Source: Squalus acanthias (Eukaryota). From it: a stretch of 64,000 nucleotides of DNA. Below the pieces are notes generated by a model. The model saw only the letters and a list, made by a program, of their open reading frames with translations. It did no database searches and was not told the origin of the DNA. Below are positions 23,246 to 36,280 of this stretch, piece by piece. The stretch's first letter is position 1. Each line of letters opens with the position of its first letter. Where the stretch lies: assembly GCA_030390025.1 (NCBI GenBank), contig CM059432.1, positions 7,006,001 to 7,070,000 of the forward strand. The letters are read 5' to 3'. Both the position numbers and the translations under genes were made by a program.

Positions 23246-25746
23246 ATAATTATACCTCGCTGTTGTTTATGATACATATCCTGTACGTAACCTATTAATG
23301 CATGTTTCAAATTAAATTCTGTGTGTTTATGAGTCAAGAATATACACAGGATTCTGTAGATAGTTTTAAGCTACAGCAATCATTGAAAAAACAACTTTGT
23401 GTGGTGCCTGGTATTTGGAAGTATTGTGCAATTTCTTATTACACACCATGGTAAAGTAAATGACAAGCTCATTACAATTAAATGTATATGCCGCCTCTGA
23501 GACTCTGTAAATCAAGAGTACTGCAGCTGAACCTTGCTAGGATTGATTTAGAGGCACTGAATACCTGTCAACATAATAGGATAGAAAAATGCAGAACTCT
23601 GCAACAGTGTCTTCCATCATCTTAATGAGAATCACAATGAGCGTTTGACTGTTTAATGTTGCACCATGTGTGTAACTTCTAAATACAGTAACCAAGGACT
23701 TACTTACATGAGCTCAGATGCGTTGTATCTTTGCCACCAATTTTGCCCTATATTCCCAGTGGCATTTTTCTGTATAACAAAAATCTAGAGTTTCAGAATA
23801 ACCACCTTCTTTAATTTCATGCTTGATTTGTGTTTTAATAACGTTACAATATCCGGCCCTTGTGAGTTAACGAAATGTGTGACTTAAAGATGTTGGAATG
23901 TTAAAGCAAAATTGTCACCCATGCAAGATATTTTAGGGCCAGAATCTGACATCATTTGCTTTTTATAGCTTTAATGAACCAGAATAGGAACAATATGAGC
24001 ATATTATTAACATCCCTTGCTGCTTTACACTGGTGTCATAATAGTACAAATAGAGGTAAGTTTATATTCACATGACAGAGCAAATGAACTGGAGATTTTG
24101 ACAGCACAAATTTCTCTGATGGCCTGTTTTGTATTTTCCGTGTATCTTTTGAAATGAGCATTACCCGAAGTGCTGAAACGGTTGTAAGTGCTCAGAATTG
24201 CTAATGTGTGTTTTCGACATTAGTAATTGTGGATAGCGGTGGGAGGTAGGTTTACTAGCTTGAATGCAAATTGATGATGTTTGGATATTAACTCTTCAAA
24301 AAAAAACTTTTTATGCACTGAAAGGCCTTTTAACATCGATATATATTTATGTTAATCCAAATGCAATGCCGTGTTCTCTGAAAAGTCCAGTGTATGGTAT
24401 GCATACTTTTTTTATTAAATCAGTACAATATAAATAATACAGTGCAGTTAAAGATGCTTTAAAAAAACCTCTGTTTGCCCCTTCAAGTGTCTCATTCATC
24501 AGTCAGTGCTGCACATTAATAAGGAAATACTGTTAGTCTTCAATTCTCACCATTTATTACAATAAGGATTGAAATGATGCAGGACTCTCATTGTAGCATA
24601 CTGTAACCCTATTAGTGCCAAAATAGTTTCCCCTACATCTTAGAATAGAAGAGCAGCTTTACCGTGGGACTTTGGTGAAATAATTTACCCATCCGAGCAG
24701 AGGTTATATAAATTATCTTAGTAAAGTGTCTATATGTTTTAGCAGGTTAAACCTGGACCTGAAAATCTTGCTCTATAAAGTCGTTAAAAATAAAAAAATT
24801 TGGGCGCTTTTGATATAAAAATATTGTGTGAACAAAGCTCATGAACCAAATGTGCCACTTCAAAATTGTCCCATGTCCTGCTTTTGACTGAAGCTTCAAT
24901 AGATTCATATGCTGCCGGATCAGTCAGTCATTTTATGATGTATACGAATAAAATGATGAAAGCTGTAATAATGGTGGATACTCAATCGACAAGAAGTTTT
25001 TGGCTTTCCACTGAATTTTTTTACATCTGTTACACAAATTCAGTGTCTATAAAATTTAGAGATAGCATCCATTAGTTCCGTATCTCTCCCATTCTGGTCG
25101 TTCTCCCTGGTATTGCCCTTTTCCTCACTCCCTTAAGTCCGAGGGGCGCAGACTGGACGCACAAGTGGTTTAGTTAGACATCATACCAAGCATCTCCTTA
25201 AACTCTTGCGCTGCCCCCATCCACTCTTACCTTCAACAGCAAGTGTGAGGAGCTCATGGACTTCTTTCTCACTAAGATTGAGCCCATCTGTTCATCTGTC
25301 TATGATGCTTCTCCCCCCCCCTCCCCCCCACCTTCTCCTTACCTACCAACAAAACATTCCCCCAGGCCCCACCCCTGCCCTAGACCTGAAACCACATCTT
25401 TCTCTAGTTTCTCTCCTATCTCCCCGCATGCCCTGTCTGTGCTTATCTTGCCCATGAGACCCTCCTCCTGCTCACTTGACCCCATTCCCATTCAACTGCT
25501 GACTATCCAGCTTCCCTTCCTGGCTCCCATGCTAGCTGATATTGTACCTCCTCCATTTCAAAACTGCCATCGTCACCCTTCCATCAAAAAAAACACCCTC
25601 AGCCCTTCTGCCCTTGCAAACTATGGTTGCATCTTCAACCTCCCTTTCTTTTCCAAAGACATGTTGCTTCCCAAATCTGTGCCCGTCTTTCCCACAATTC
25701 CATGATTCAATCTCTCCAATTAGGTTTCTGTTCCTGCCACAGCATC

Positions 25747-25893
25747 AACAACAATGTGCATTTATATAGCACCTTTAGCATAGTAAAACGTCCCAAGACG
25801 CTTCACAGGAGCGTAATCAGACAAAAACTGACACCAAAGAAGGAGACATTAGGACAGGTGACCAAATGCTTGGTCAAAGAGGTAGGTTTTAAG
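25747..25893 (-). mobile_element. Short L2 3' end inserted into L2, 7 bp TSD
   Basis: cagcatc duplicated at 25740-25746 and 25894-25900; sequence matches 13953-14115. Confidence 0.7.
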
Positions 25894-25912
25894 CAGCATC
25901 GAAACGGTCCTA

Positions 25913-27430
25913 AGTATGATTTTTCAGAATTCATTAGACTCGGGAACAGTGCCCATGGATTGGAGGGTAGCTAACGTTACCCCACTATTCAAAAAGGGGG
26001 GTAGGGAAAAAGCAGGTAATTACAGACCTGTAAGCCTTACATCAGTTGTGGGCAAAATGCTGGAGTCCATCATTAAGGATGAAATAGCGGAGCACTTAGC
26101 AAATGGGGACAGGATAGGACAGAGTCAACATGGATTTACAAAGGGTAAATCGTGCTTGACTAATCTATTGGAATTTTTTGAGGGAGTAACTGGTAAAATA
26201 GATGGGGGAGAGCCAGTAGATGTGGTGTACCTGGACTTCCAAAAGGCCTTCGATAAGGTCCCACATAAAAGATTAGCAGGGAAAATTGAAGCTCATGGGA
26301 TAAAGGGGAAAGTATTGACGTGGATAGAGAACTGGCTGTCAGATAGAAAACAGAGAGTTGGAATAAACGGCTCATTTTCTGAATGGCAGGCAGTAACAAG
26401 TGGGGTACCACAGGGATCTGTCCTGGGTCCCCAGCTGTTCACAATTTACATTAATGACCTGGATCAGGGAGTCGGATGCAGCATTTCCAAATTTGCAGAC
26501 GACACTAAACTAGGAGGGGGGGTGGGCTCAGAGGAGGAGACCAGGAAGCTCCAGAGCGATTTGGACAGACTGGGTGATTGGGCGGATAAATGGCAGATGC
26601 ACTATAATGTGGACAAGTGCGAAGTTATCCACCTTGGGTGCAGGAACGGGAGGGCAAATTATTATTTAAATGGCAATAAATTGGGAGAGGGGGAAGTACA
26701 GAGAGACCTGGGTGTTCTTGTACACCAGTCACTGAAGGCGAGCATGCAGGTGCAACAAGCGGTCAAGAAGGCAAACGGTATGCTGACCTTCATAGCAAAA
26801 GGGTTGGAATACAGGAACAGGGATACCTTGCTGCAGCTGTACAGGGCACTGGTGAGACCACACCTCGAGTACTGTGTACAGTTTTGGTCGCCTCATCTGA
26901 GGAAAGATGTTCTTGCCATGGAGGGGGTGCAGCGGCGATTCACCAGGCTAATACCAGGAATGGCGGGATTGACCTATGAGGAGAGACTATGTAGTTTAGG
27001 GATGTACACACTGGAGTTTAGAAGATTGAGAGGGGACCTCATAGAAGTGTATAAAATTCTGACAGGTCTAGACAGACTAGATGCAGAAGGAATGTTTCCC
27101 TTGGCGGGTGAGAACAGAACTAGAGGACATAATTTAAGGATAAGGGCTAAACCATTTAGGACAGAAATGAGGGGGAATTTCTTCACTCAGAGGGTGGTGA
27201 ACCTGTGGAACTCATTGCCACAGAGGGCAGTGTACGCCAGCTCATTAAATATATTTAAGAGGGAATTAGATATATTTCTACAGGCAAAAGGGGTTAAGGG
27301 TTACGGAGAGAAGGCGGGGACGGGATACTGAATTGGAGGATCAGCCATGATCTCATTAAATGGCGGAGCAGGCTCGAAGGGCCGGATGGCCTACTCCTGC
27401 TCCTATCTTCTATGTATCTATGTATGTATC
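25913..27430 (+). mobile_element. Young 5'-truncated CR1 LINE with uninterrupted 471-codon RT frame
   Basis: NYRPVSLTS, QHGF, YLDFQKAFDKVPH, GVPQGSVLGP, KFADDTKL, LRGDLIE, FFTQRVV, then 3' UTR and (tatg)n tail. Confidence 0.95.
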
Positions 27431-27945
27431 TAAAAGCCACAAACGACATTCTCTGTGATTGTGGTGCATTATCCCTTCTTGTCATCTTTAACCTCTCTGC
27501 AGCTTTTGTTAGAGTCCTTTCCCCTCTTCTTCCTCATGCCACATCTTACCATCATTATCTGCAGACATAGGGTCAGTTTCCACATGTACACTGACGACAT
27601 CCAGCTCTACCTCTCCACCACCTCTTATATAACATCCAGTCTTGGATAAGCTGCAGTTTCCTTCAGTTGAGCATTGGGAAGACCAAAGCCATCGTCTTGC
27701 CACAAACTCCATACCATTGCCACCAATTCCACTCCCCTCCACTCTCATTTTCAACCAGACTATTGGCAAACTTAGTATCCTATTAGACCCTGAGTTGACC
27801 TCCAAACCCCATATTTTCTCCCATCACAAAGACTGCCTATTTCCACTTCTGTAGCATTATCCCCCTTTGCCTCTACCTCAGTATATCTGCTGCTCAAACC
27901 CTCATCTATGCCTTTGTCACATCCAGACTCGACTATTGCAATATT

Positions 27946-28661
27946 GGCCCAGAAATTCCGTTCGCAGCCCTCCCGCGGGCGGAGGGCTGCGATTTGGAAA
28001 AATCTGCGCCTGGACCGGAGGGCTCCCGGGAGGCGCAGAATTCCGTTGCTGTGCCTCTTCAAACTGCCGGTGTGCAGGGCACGCGTATCCCAGGGGCGCA
28101 GCTAGTTCGCAGTGTCCCTGGGATCACGTGGGCCATGGGGAGCCAATCAGAGCAGGGAATCTCCATTCATAGATTTGACAGGAAGACCTGTCAAATCTAT
28201 GAATAGAGATCAGCCCCAAAACATAAGTAAAACTTCAAATAATTTTTTTTTAAAAATCACATTTTTAAAATGACTATAAATTACATAAATTAACTATTTT
28301 AAACAAAAATTTAAATTTTTGAAAAAAATAATTAAAGTTTTTAACAGGGCTAAAAATATACTTACCTTTATTTAAAGTATTTTAAACTATTAGCCTGGTA
28401 AAAGCAGGCCTTGCGCCTGCTTTTCTAGGCGCAGCTGTTCCCGACTTACCTGGACTCAAGCAACTGTGAAAAAAACGGAAGTTTCTGCCGTACGCGCTGC
28501 CTATCCGGCGCAGGCGTTTGACCTGTGAAGCCCTTTCTGCAGAGAACGGAAGTTCCAGTTTGCAGCGCATGCGCAGTGCATGCGTAAAACTGGCACTTCC
28601 GTTGGCTCTACGGGTGAGTACACAGTGCGTACACACCCATAGGGAACGGAATTTCTAGGCC
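27946..28661. mobile_element. MITE family A, copy 2
   Basis: TIR ggcccagaaattccgttc / gaacggaatttctaggcc, flanked by ATT on both sides, inserted in L2. Confidence 0.85.
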
Positions 28662-29009
28662 ATTGTCTTGGCCAGTCTCCCATTCACCACGCTCTGTAAA
28701 CTTCAGCTCATCCAAAACTTCGCTGCCCACATCCTATCCCACAACAAGTCCTGATCACCCATCAGCCCTGTACTTGCTGACCTATATTGGCACCCAGTCG
28801 CGCCATGCCACCAATTTAAAATTTGCATTCTTGTGCTCCGATCCCTGCCATGGCCTTGCCTCTCCCTACCTCTGTAACCTTCTCCAGCCTTACAACCTTC
28901 CCCTCCCGAACTTTCAGTTTCTCCAACTATGGCCTTTTGTGCTTTCCTCCTCTTTGCCCCACCATTAGTAGCTATGTATTTCGCTGCCTGTGGCTAACAC
29001 TCCAGAATT

Positions 29010-29550
29010 CAAGGGGTATGGGGAGAGAGCGGGAATATGGTATTGAGATAGAGGATCAGCCATGATCTTATTGAATGGCGGAGCAGGCTCGAAGGGCCGA
29101 ATGGCCTACTCCTGCTCCTATTTTTCTATGTTAGCTATGAGGATAGATTGGATAGGCAGGGGTTGTTTTCTTTGGAACAGAGGAGGCTGAGGGGCGATTT
29201 AATCGAGGTGTATAAAATTGAGGGGCCTATTTCCCTTAGCGGAGAGGTCAGTAACCAGGGTGCATAGATTTAAAGTAATTGGTAGAAGGATTAGAGGGGG
29301 GTAGAGAAGAACTTCTTTCACCCAGAGGGTGGTGGGGGTCTGGAACTCACTGTCTGAAAGGGTTGGAGAGGCAAAAACCCTCATCACATTTAAAAAGTGC
29401 TTGGATATGCACTTGAAGTGCCGTAACCTGCAGGGCTACGGACCAAGAGCTGGAAAGTGGGATTAGGCTGGATCGCTGCTTTTTGGCTGGCACAGACACG
29501 ATGGGCCGAATGGCCCCCTTCTGTGCCGTAAATTTCTATTATTCTATGAA
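29010..29550 (+). mobile_element. Two tandem CR1 3' fragments
   Basis: 3' UTR ending ttctatg at about 29130, then a second family fragment ending attctatgaa. Confidence 0.8.
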
Positions 29551-29959
29551 TCTCCCCCTTCTCCTTTAAGATCCTCTTTACCCTTCTTTTGTTTTGTTAA
29601 AAAACTTCTTGGACTAACAACGGATCATGGTGTGGTTGTGATTATTACTTTTTAGTAATTATTCTCGTTGGCTCCTCTCCCCTCTTTCTGTTATACATTT
29701 AAATTCTTTTGCCCATTTTTTCCTAAAGCACTTATGGCAAATAGTATGCAGTAATATTAAATTTAGACACAGTATTGATTAAGCCACAGTTGGAGTACAG
29801 TCTATTGCTCTTGGTTCAAGATAATTTAATTATCTGATTTTAATTTGTTTTGACCAGTAAATTCCGACTTTGTTATTTTTGGTACTTAATTTGAATTATT
29901 GAATAATTCAATTTTTTTTAGAACTACAAACAACTTTGAATTATCAGGAGTAGACTGAT

Positions 29960-30390
29960 TTCATGCAGCTCTGGACACTCCATTATAGGAAATATATCAG
30001 AGACATTGAAAGGATACAGCAAGGATTCACTCGTACAATGGCAAGAATGAGAGGTTATAGTTATGAAGAAAAGCTTGAAAGAAATTGAGGCTTTTTTCAC
30101 TGGCGTAGGTTAAGAGGGGTCTAATAACTGTTTAGAAAATTACTAAAGGTTTTTCTGTGGTAAACAGTGAAAGAAAGTTTCCACTGGAAAGTGAATGGAT
30201 ATCAAGGAGTGAAGATTGAGGATTATCACAAGATGAGGAGAAAATAAAAGAAATGTTTTCACATAGAGGGCTATTAGAAGAAGTGGCTTTTGAGGCAGAG
30301 CCTATAACATCATTTAGAATGGAACTGTGTAAGTATTTGTAAAGGAAGAACGCGAAGGAATGTGAGGGAAGAGCGAGGAAATGGGATCAC
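29960..30390 (+). mobile_element. Old degenerate CR1 3' fragment
   Basis: cattgaaaggatacagcaaggattcac..gttatagttatgaagaaaagct..ttttcacatagaggg resembles CR1 LERVQRRFT..YEERL..FFTQRV. Confidence 0.55.
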
Positions 30391-30517
30391 AATAGAAAAC
30401 TCCACCATGCTCATGATCGCCTCAAGAATTCTACCAGTTGAGTCAGATGTGACCTACCCTTCATAAATCCACACTGACTCTCTTTGATCAGCTGATGCTT
30501 GCAATTTTGTGTCACTT

Positions 30518-30880
30518 ACATAAGAACATGAGACGCAGGAGCAGGAGTAGGTCATTTGGCCCCTCGAGCCTGCTCCGCCATTCAATAAGATCATGGCTGA
30601 TCTGATCTTGTCCTCAACTCCACTTCTCTGCCCGCTCCCCATAGCCCTTGACTCCCTTATCGTTCAAAAATCTGTCTATCTCCACCTTAAATATATTCAA
30701 TGACCCTGCCTCCACAGCTCTCTGGGGAAGAGAATTCCAAAGATTCACGACCCTCTGAGAGAAGAAATTCCTCCTCATTTCCGATTTAAAAGGGTGCCCC
30801 CTTATTTTGAAATTATGCACCCTAGTTCTAGATTCTCCCATGAGGGGAAACATCCTCTCTGCATCTACCCTGTCGAGCCA
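30518..30880 (-). mobile_element. CR1 3' fragment
   Basis: MFPLMGESRTRVHNFKIRG..RRNFFSQRVVNLWNSLP on the minus strand plus tail. Confidence 0.88.
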
Positions 30881-30911
30881 CTTGCAGAGTTAAAATGGAA
30901 CTGTGTGGAAT

Positions 30912-31146
30912 CAGGAAACACTGTCACACAAAGGGTGGTGGAAATCTGGAACTCGCTCCCCTAACAGGCTGTGGATGCTGGATCAATTGAAATTTTCAAG
31001 ACTGAGGTCAATAGATTTTTGTTGGGTAAGGGTAACGAGGGATATGGAGCAAAGGTGGGTAAATGGAGTTGAGGTACAGATCAGCCATGATCTAATTGAA
31101 TAGTGAAACAGGCTCGAGGGGCTGAATGGCCGACTCCTGTTCCTGT
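30912..31146 (+). mobile_element. CR1 3' end fragment
   Basis: cacacaaagggtggtggaaatctggaactc...ggctcgaggggctgaatggccgactcctgttcct. Confidence 0.8.
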
Positions 31147-31308
31147 GAAATGTTCACACGGAGTTTTTAAGAGCAGTTTTCAAATAATCGAAAGTTCCAT
31201 GTTCTAAATTACGCAAATTTTGTGTTTTATATCATGATTATTTATGTCGGACCTATGAGGCTCTTGTATGCAGCCAAATGGCCCAAACAGATTGGTCAGG
31301 AGAATATA

Positions 31309-31669
31309 CAGGAAACTCTTTATTAACCGGCGCCGACGGGACCGGCGTGGTGCCGGTTAATCAAAAAGTCCGGATAATGGAGAGTTATATCTCCCAACGT
31401 ACGAGAGCCCCGTACACACTGACATGCGCCTGCATTCGGAGCTCCGTCTCCCCGGGGACCGCCAGCTGACCATCTGTCGTGTCCGCTGCCTACCCGGGCT
31501 GCACATTCCCTCCCAATCTACACGCTCCTATACAAGGCAAACGCCTCGGTTTTTTTAAAAGTTAATTTTAAACGAGAGATGAAGGAAAACCCCGGTTACC
31601 TACTCAAGAATTTTGCCGGTTAAGAGAGATTTCCGGATATTTGGGTGCCGGTTAATAAAGAGTTTCCTG
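31309..31669. mobile_element. Tc1/mariner-superfamily (pogo/Tigger-like) MITE
   Basis: Perfect 23 bp TIR caggaaactctttattaaccggc; TA on both flanks (31307-8, 31670-1). Confidence 0.88.
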
Positions 31670-31671
31670 TA

Positions 31672-32813
31672 TGAGGGGCCTAGATAGAGTGGATAGGAAG
31701 GACCTATTTCCATTAGCAGAGATGTCAATAACCAGGGGGCATAGATTTAAAGTAATTGGTAGAAGGATTAGAGGGTAGTTGAGGAGAAATGTTTTCACCC
31801 GGAGGGAACTCACTGCCTGAAAGGGTGATAGAGGCAGAAACCCTCATCACATTTAAAAAGTACTTGGATATAGAATTATAGAAGATAGGAGCAGGAGTAG
31901 GCCATTCGGCCCCTCGAGCCTGTTCCGCCATTCAATGCGATCATGGCTGATCATCCAAATTCAGTAACCTGTCCCTGCTTTCTCCCCATATCCCTTGGTC
32001 CCTTTAACCTTAAGAAATATATCTAACTCCTTCTTGAATATATTTAATGAATTGGCCTCAACTGCCTTCTGTGGTAGAGAATTCCACAGGTTCACCACAC
32101 TCTGGGTGAAGAAATTCCTCCTCATCTCAGTCCTAAATGGCTTACCCCTTATCCTTAGACTGTTACCCCTGGTTCTGAACTCCCCCGCCATCGGGAACAT
32201 CCTTCCTGCATCTAGTCTGTCTAGTCCTGTTAGAATTTTACAAGTTTCAATGAGATTCCCTCTCACTCTTCTAAACTCTAGCGAATATAGCCTAATTGAC
32301 CCAATCTCTCTTCATATGTCATGCCTGCCATCCCAGGTATCAGTCTGGTGAATCTTCGCTGCACTGCCTCCATGGCAAGAACATTCTCAGATAAGGCGAC
32401 CAAAACTGCACACAATACTCAAGGTGTGGTCTCACCAAGGCCTTGTACAACTGCAGCAAGACATCCTTGCTCCTGTACTCTAATCCTCTCGCTATGAAAG
32501 CCAACATACCATTTGCCTTCTTAACCACCTGCTGCACCTGCATGCTTACCTTCAGTGACTGGTGCACAAGGACACCCAGGTCTCGTTGCACTTCCCCTTT
32601 TCCCAATCTATTGCCGTTCAGATAATCTGTTTTCCTGTTTTTGCCACCAAAGTGGATAACCTCGCATTTATCCAATTGAAGTCCCATAACCTACAGGGCT
32701 ACAGACCAAGAGCTGGAAAGTGGGATTAGGCTGGATGGCTCTTTTTCAGCCGGCACAGACGTGATGGGCCGAATGGCGGCCTCCTGTGCTGTAAATTTCT
32801 GTGGATTCTATGA
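31672..32813. mobile_element. CR1 (+) 3' fragment interrupted by an antisense CR1 (about 31872-32675)
   Basis: Outer copy stops at tacttggatat and resumes at ttgaagtcccataacctacagggctac; inner minus-strand copy encodes DKCEVIHFG..LVRPHLEYCVQFWSP..GYGEKAGTGY. Confidence 0.85.
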
Positions 32814-34155
32814 AAATACCGGTTGAGGTAGTGAGGGTGAATGATTCAAGTTTTTGCATACCTGATGGACAAATTTTTATTTCAAAATTAGAAGTATACT
32901 TTAAAAGTATCAAAGACAGCAAAACTTTAGGCAAATCTAGCACAATAAAATTTGTAGCACTTTACAGTATCTGGAAATGTTCTTTACTTCTCATTGCATT
33001 TCCATTATTTTTGAATAATTTCCACAGCCCCATCTCTCAACAATATTTTCACAGGAAAATCTGAGCCGCACTATTTCTACTAGTTCAGTAGTGCTCTTTA
33101 ATAAAAAAAAATTATAGTCCGTACCAGACAGTAGCAGAAACTGGAGTTCCAGTGTCAATGAGCATTTGTTGGGAAACCTTGTAAGAACATTTGCAAATAT
33201 CTCTGGGGTGAAATAGTTAAAATAGTTCCTGTCTAAAGTGGTCTAAATTTCTATTCCTTGATTATGTATCTAATTCAGTATGTCGTTTCTGATGACTTTA
33301 GTTTCTTTTTGTTAAAGGACAGGTGTTAGCAATGTAGATACTGAGTGGCGGCCAAAACTCTTGTTACATTTTCCTTGCATATCCACGCAGTAAGCCAGTG
33401 CTTTCGTTCGTGGTGTTTTTAAATGAACAGTTTTTTGGTCTCGAGCTAAAACACTGAGCATTACCGAGCATATGCGTCTCTTCCAACATTTCGCACAATC
33501 TGTGAGCCATTCAACACGAGTAGCCAGATTATAGACGCTTTGGCGAGATCGCTTTCTCACTTTGTGACACAGATCCTCGTTTGACTAAAAATTAACCTCC
33601 TAAATAAACCTCCCGTTACAGTATATGGGAGTTGGCCCTGGAAACTCAGAAACTGAAAGATAGGATGAGCAACTTGAAGGATTTGCCAACTGGTTATCCT
33701 CATTCTGATAGCAGTTAGTCCTGGACCATCTTCCTGTGTCATAAATAACAGCGTTCTACTCAAAAATATACAGCATGAGACAGTTTTCTTTTATCGTAAG
33801 TGTTACGTTCATCCAAAAAAAAATCCTGGGATGTGAGAACTGCTGCCAGCAGAAGTGCTAAAATGTTATTAAGTATCAGATATTGTTGCTAAATATGTAC
33901 TTAATGGTGTAAATTCAGTTATTCTGGACCTGTTAAAAGGCTTACGCCAACCTAAAATAAATACTTGGCGCATTGTAGTTTGTCAGTAAATTCTGTTAAA
34001 CTGTTCATTTGGATAAGCTTTTCTTTACATTTGACTTTCTTAAACTGCAATACAGTGGCAGAGCTGTGAAACAGAAATGAAAAAATATATAACACATCAA
34101 TTGAGAAGTTGAAAAGTTGCATTTTTCCAATCTGGTCTTGTTCGTGTCCACTTGT

Positions 34156-34613
34156 TGTCAGTTGTGGCTTCAGTTGGTAGCATCCTCTTGAGTCCAAAGG
34201 TTGTGGGTTCAAGTCCCACTCCAGAGACTTGAGAACTAGGCTGACACTCCAGCGCAGTACTGAGGGAGCGCTGCACTGTCGGAGGTGCCGTCTTTCGGAT
34301 GAGACGTTAAACCGAGGCCCTGTCTGCTCTCTCAGGTGGACGTAAAAGATCCCATGGCACTATTTCAAAGAAGAGCAGGGGAGTTCTCCCCGGTCTCCTG
34401 GCCAATATTTATCCCTCGACCAACATCTCTAAAACAGATTATCTGGTTATTATCACATTGCTGTTTGTGGGAGCTTGCTGTGCGCAAATTGGCTGCTGCG
34501 TTTCCGACATTACAACAATGACTACACTTCAAAAAAGCACTTCATTGGCTGTAAAGCGCTTTGGGACATCCAGTGGTCATGAAAGGCGCTATATAAATGC
34601 AAGACTTTCTTTC
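34156..34613 (+). mobile_element. DeuSINE, full length
   Basis: Head tggcttcagttgg / ggttcaagtcc, Deu core ggtgccgtctttcggatgagacgttaaaccgagg, L2-like tail. Confidence 0.9.
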
Positions 34614-35413
34614 TGTCACTCAAAAGTGACATGCTACACGCATTACAAATATTACACATATTTTACTAAATTACCTGCATGTTGTGTTGATGTACAAGCC
34701 AAAATAACAATGCCATTTGACAGGTACATCTGGTATACTGCAGTTTGCACCCTTTCAGTAGCATAAATCTGTACTCATTGTAACTTTTAAATAATGCCTC
34801 CAAGACAGTATAAACTTCTCCCTTGCTACCATCCACCACCAAGCTTCCCCCTTCAGTCCACAGCTGCGATTGATTTCTCTTTGTGATCAGCCAACGGGAG
34901 ATTTGCTTCTGTGGAGCAGGACTGGGACCTGCCAGGTTTTTTTTCCTTCCCTCTCGCTTTCAAAGGAAACACTTTTGCTTCACTGGGTAAGGGTGCCCGA
35001 AGCACTGGTGAAACTTGGCAATCAAGAGATAGTTGAGTTTGTCTGTCCTCTGGCAAGCCTGGGATTTTGAACTGACTTATGGTAACAGAATCATGCTACC
35101 GCGAAACCAACATCTTCAAAAATTGATTAGGCACCGAACATAATCTTTCCTGGATTGTGCATTTTAAATTAATAACAGAAAGTATCGCATTAACCAGTTC
35201 TGGTTGGTTAGGTATTTTGCTGATTTGGGTGCATGATTTGCTACAGTATAATCTATATGGTACTCGTGTCCCAGCAGCCTTTCCAACTATCTGGCAGCGC
35301 TTTTATTCTAATTGAGAAACCTCAGTGAAGGTCAAGGCATATGGTGCAGAACACCCTGCAGCTGATAGGAGTAGGATAAGCCAAGCTTAGCTTTTAAGAG
35401 CTTGCAGATTCCA

Positions 35414-35970
35414 ATGACTATTCTAACGCTCGACTGATTGGCCTCCCATCTTCCATCCTCCATAAACTTGAGCACATCCAAAACTCTGCTGCCCGTGTCC
35501 TAACTCGCACCAAGTCCCGTTCACCCATCACCCCAGTGCTCGCTGATCTACATTGGCTCCTGCTCCAGCAACACCTCAAGTTTAAAATTAGCGTCCTCGT
35601 GTTCAAATCCCTCCATGGCCTCGCCCCTCCCTATCTCTGTAACCTCCTCCAGCTCTACAACCCTCTGAGAACTCTGCGTACCTCCAACTCTGGCCACTTG
35701 TCCATCCCCCCGCTACCTTCACTTCACTATTGGCGGCCGTTCCTTCAGTTGCCGAGGCCCTAAGCTCTGGAATTCCCTCCCTAAACCTCGCCGCCTCTCC
35801 CTCCTCCATTAAGACGCTCCTTAAAACGTGCCTCTTTGACTAAGCGTTTGGTCATGTCCTAATGTCTCTTTCTTTGGCTCGGTGTCAAGTTTTGTCTGAG
35901 AACGCTCCTCTGAAGCGCCTTGGGACGTTTTGCTACGTTGAAAGCGCTATTTAAATGCAGGGTGTTGTTG
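35414..35970 (+). mobile_element. L2 LINE 3' end
   Basis: DYSNA..KLEHIQNSAARVLTRTKSRSPITPVLADLHWL..PPYLCNLLQLYNPLRTLR; ttgttg tail. Confidence 0.88.
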
Positions 35971-36280
35971 TAAGAGGAAGGAAAATCTGAAAGAGGTAAG
36001 AAATGTGACAGTTTTGAGGTCCAGGGAAGGAGTAAGTTAGAGTAGAAGACTTTGAAATAAGTCTTAATTTGACCAGGAAAGGTAGGAACAGCATGTTGGG
36101 TGCTGCTTCGGAGCCACAAGAGAGTAACGTTCAGAGGAACAATAACCATGCTACAATGTGCCACGGTTGCTGATAGCATGGGAACCAGCAGTAAAGATAC
36201 TTGCTGAAGTTGTGTAATATAAATGTGGCTGCTTCACTGCAATCAGTTTAGAAAAATAATCCCGCAAATGGATTTGCACA

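Larger units (their letters stand above)
25080..29010 (+). mobile_element. Old L2 element interrupted by three nested insertions
   Basis: MDFFLTKIE..PSSCSLDPIP..ANY..NLPFFSK; SFHMYTDDIQLYLS (RT YADD-like); LILDPEL; QLIQN..PYLCNLLQPY segments lie in colinear order around the inserts. Confidence 0.7.

Noticed and set aside
34156..34225. tRNA genes at A/B-box sequences (also 16570-16638, 41837-41905)
   Set aside because: They run directly into the SINE body and do not form a complete cloverleaf; these are SINE heads.
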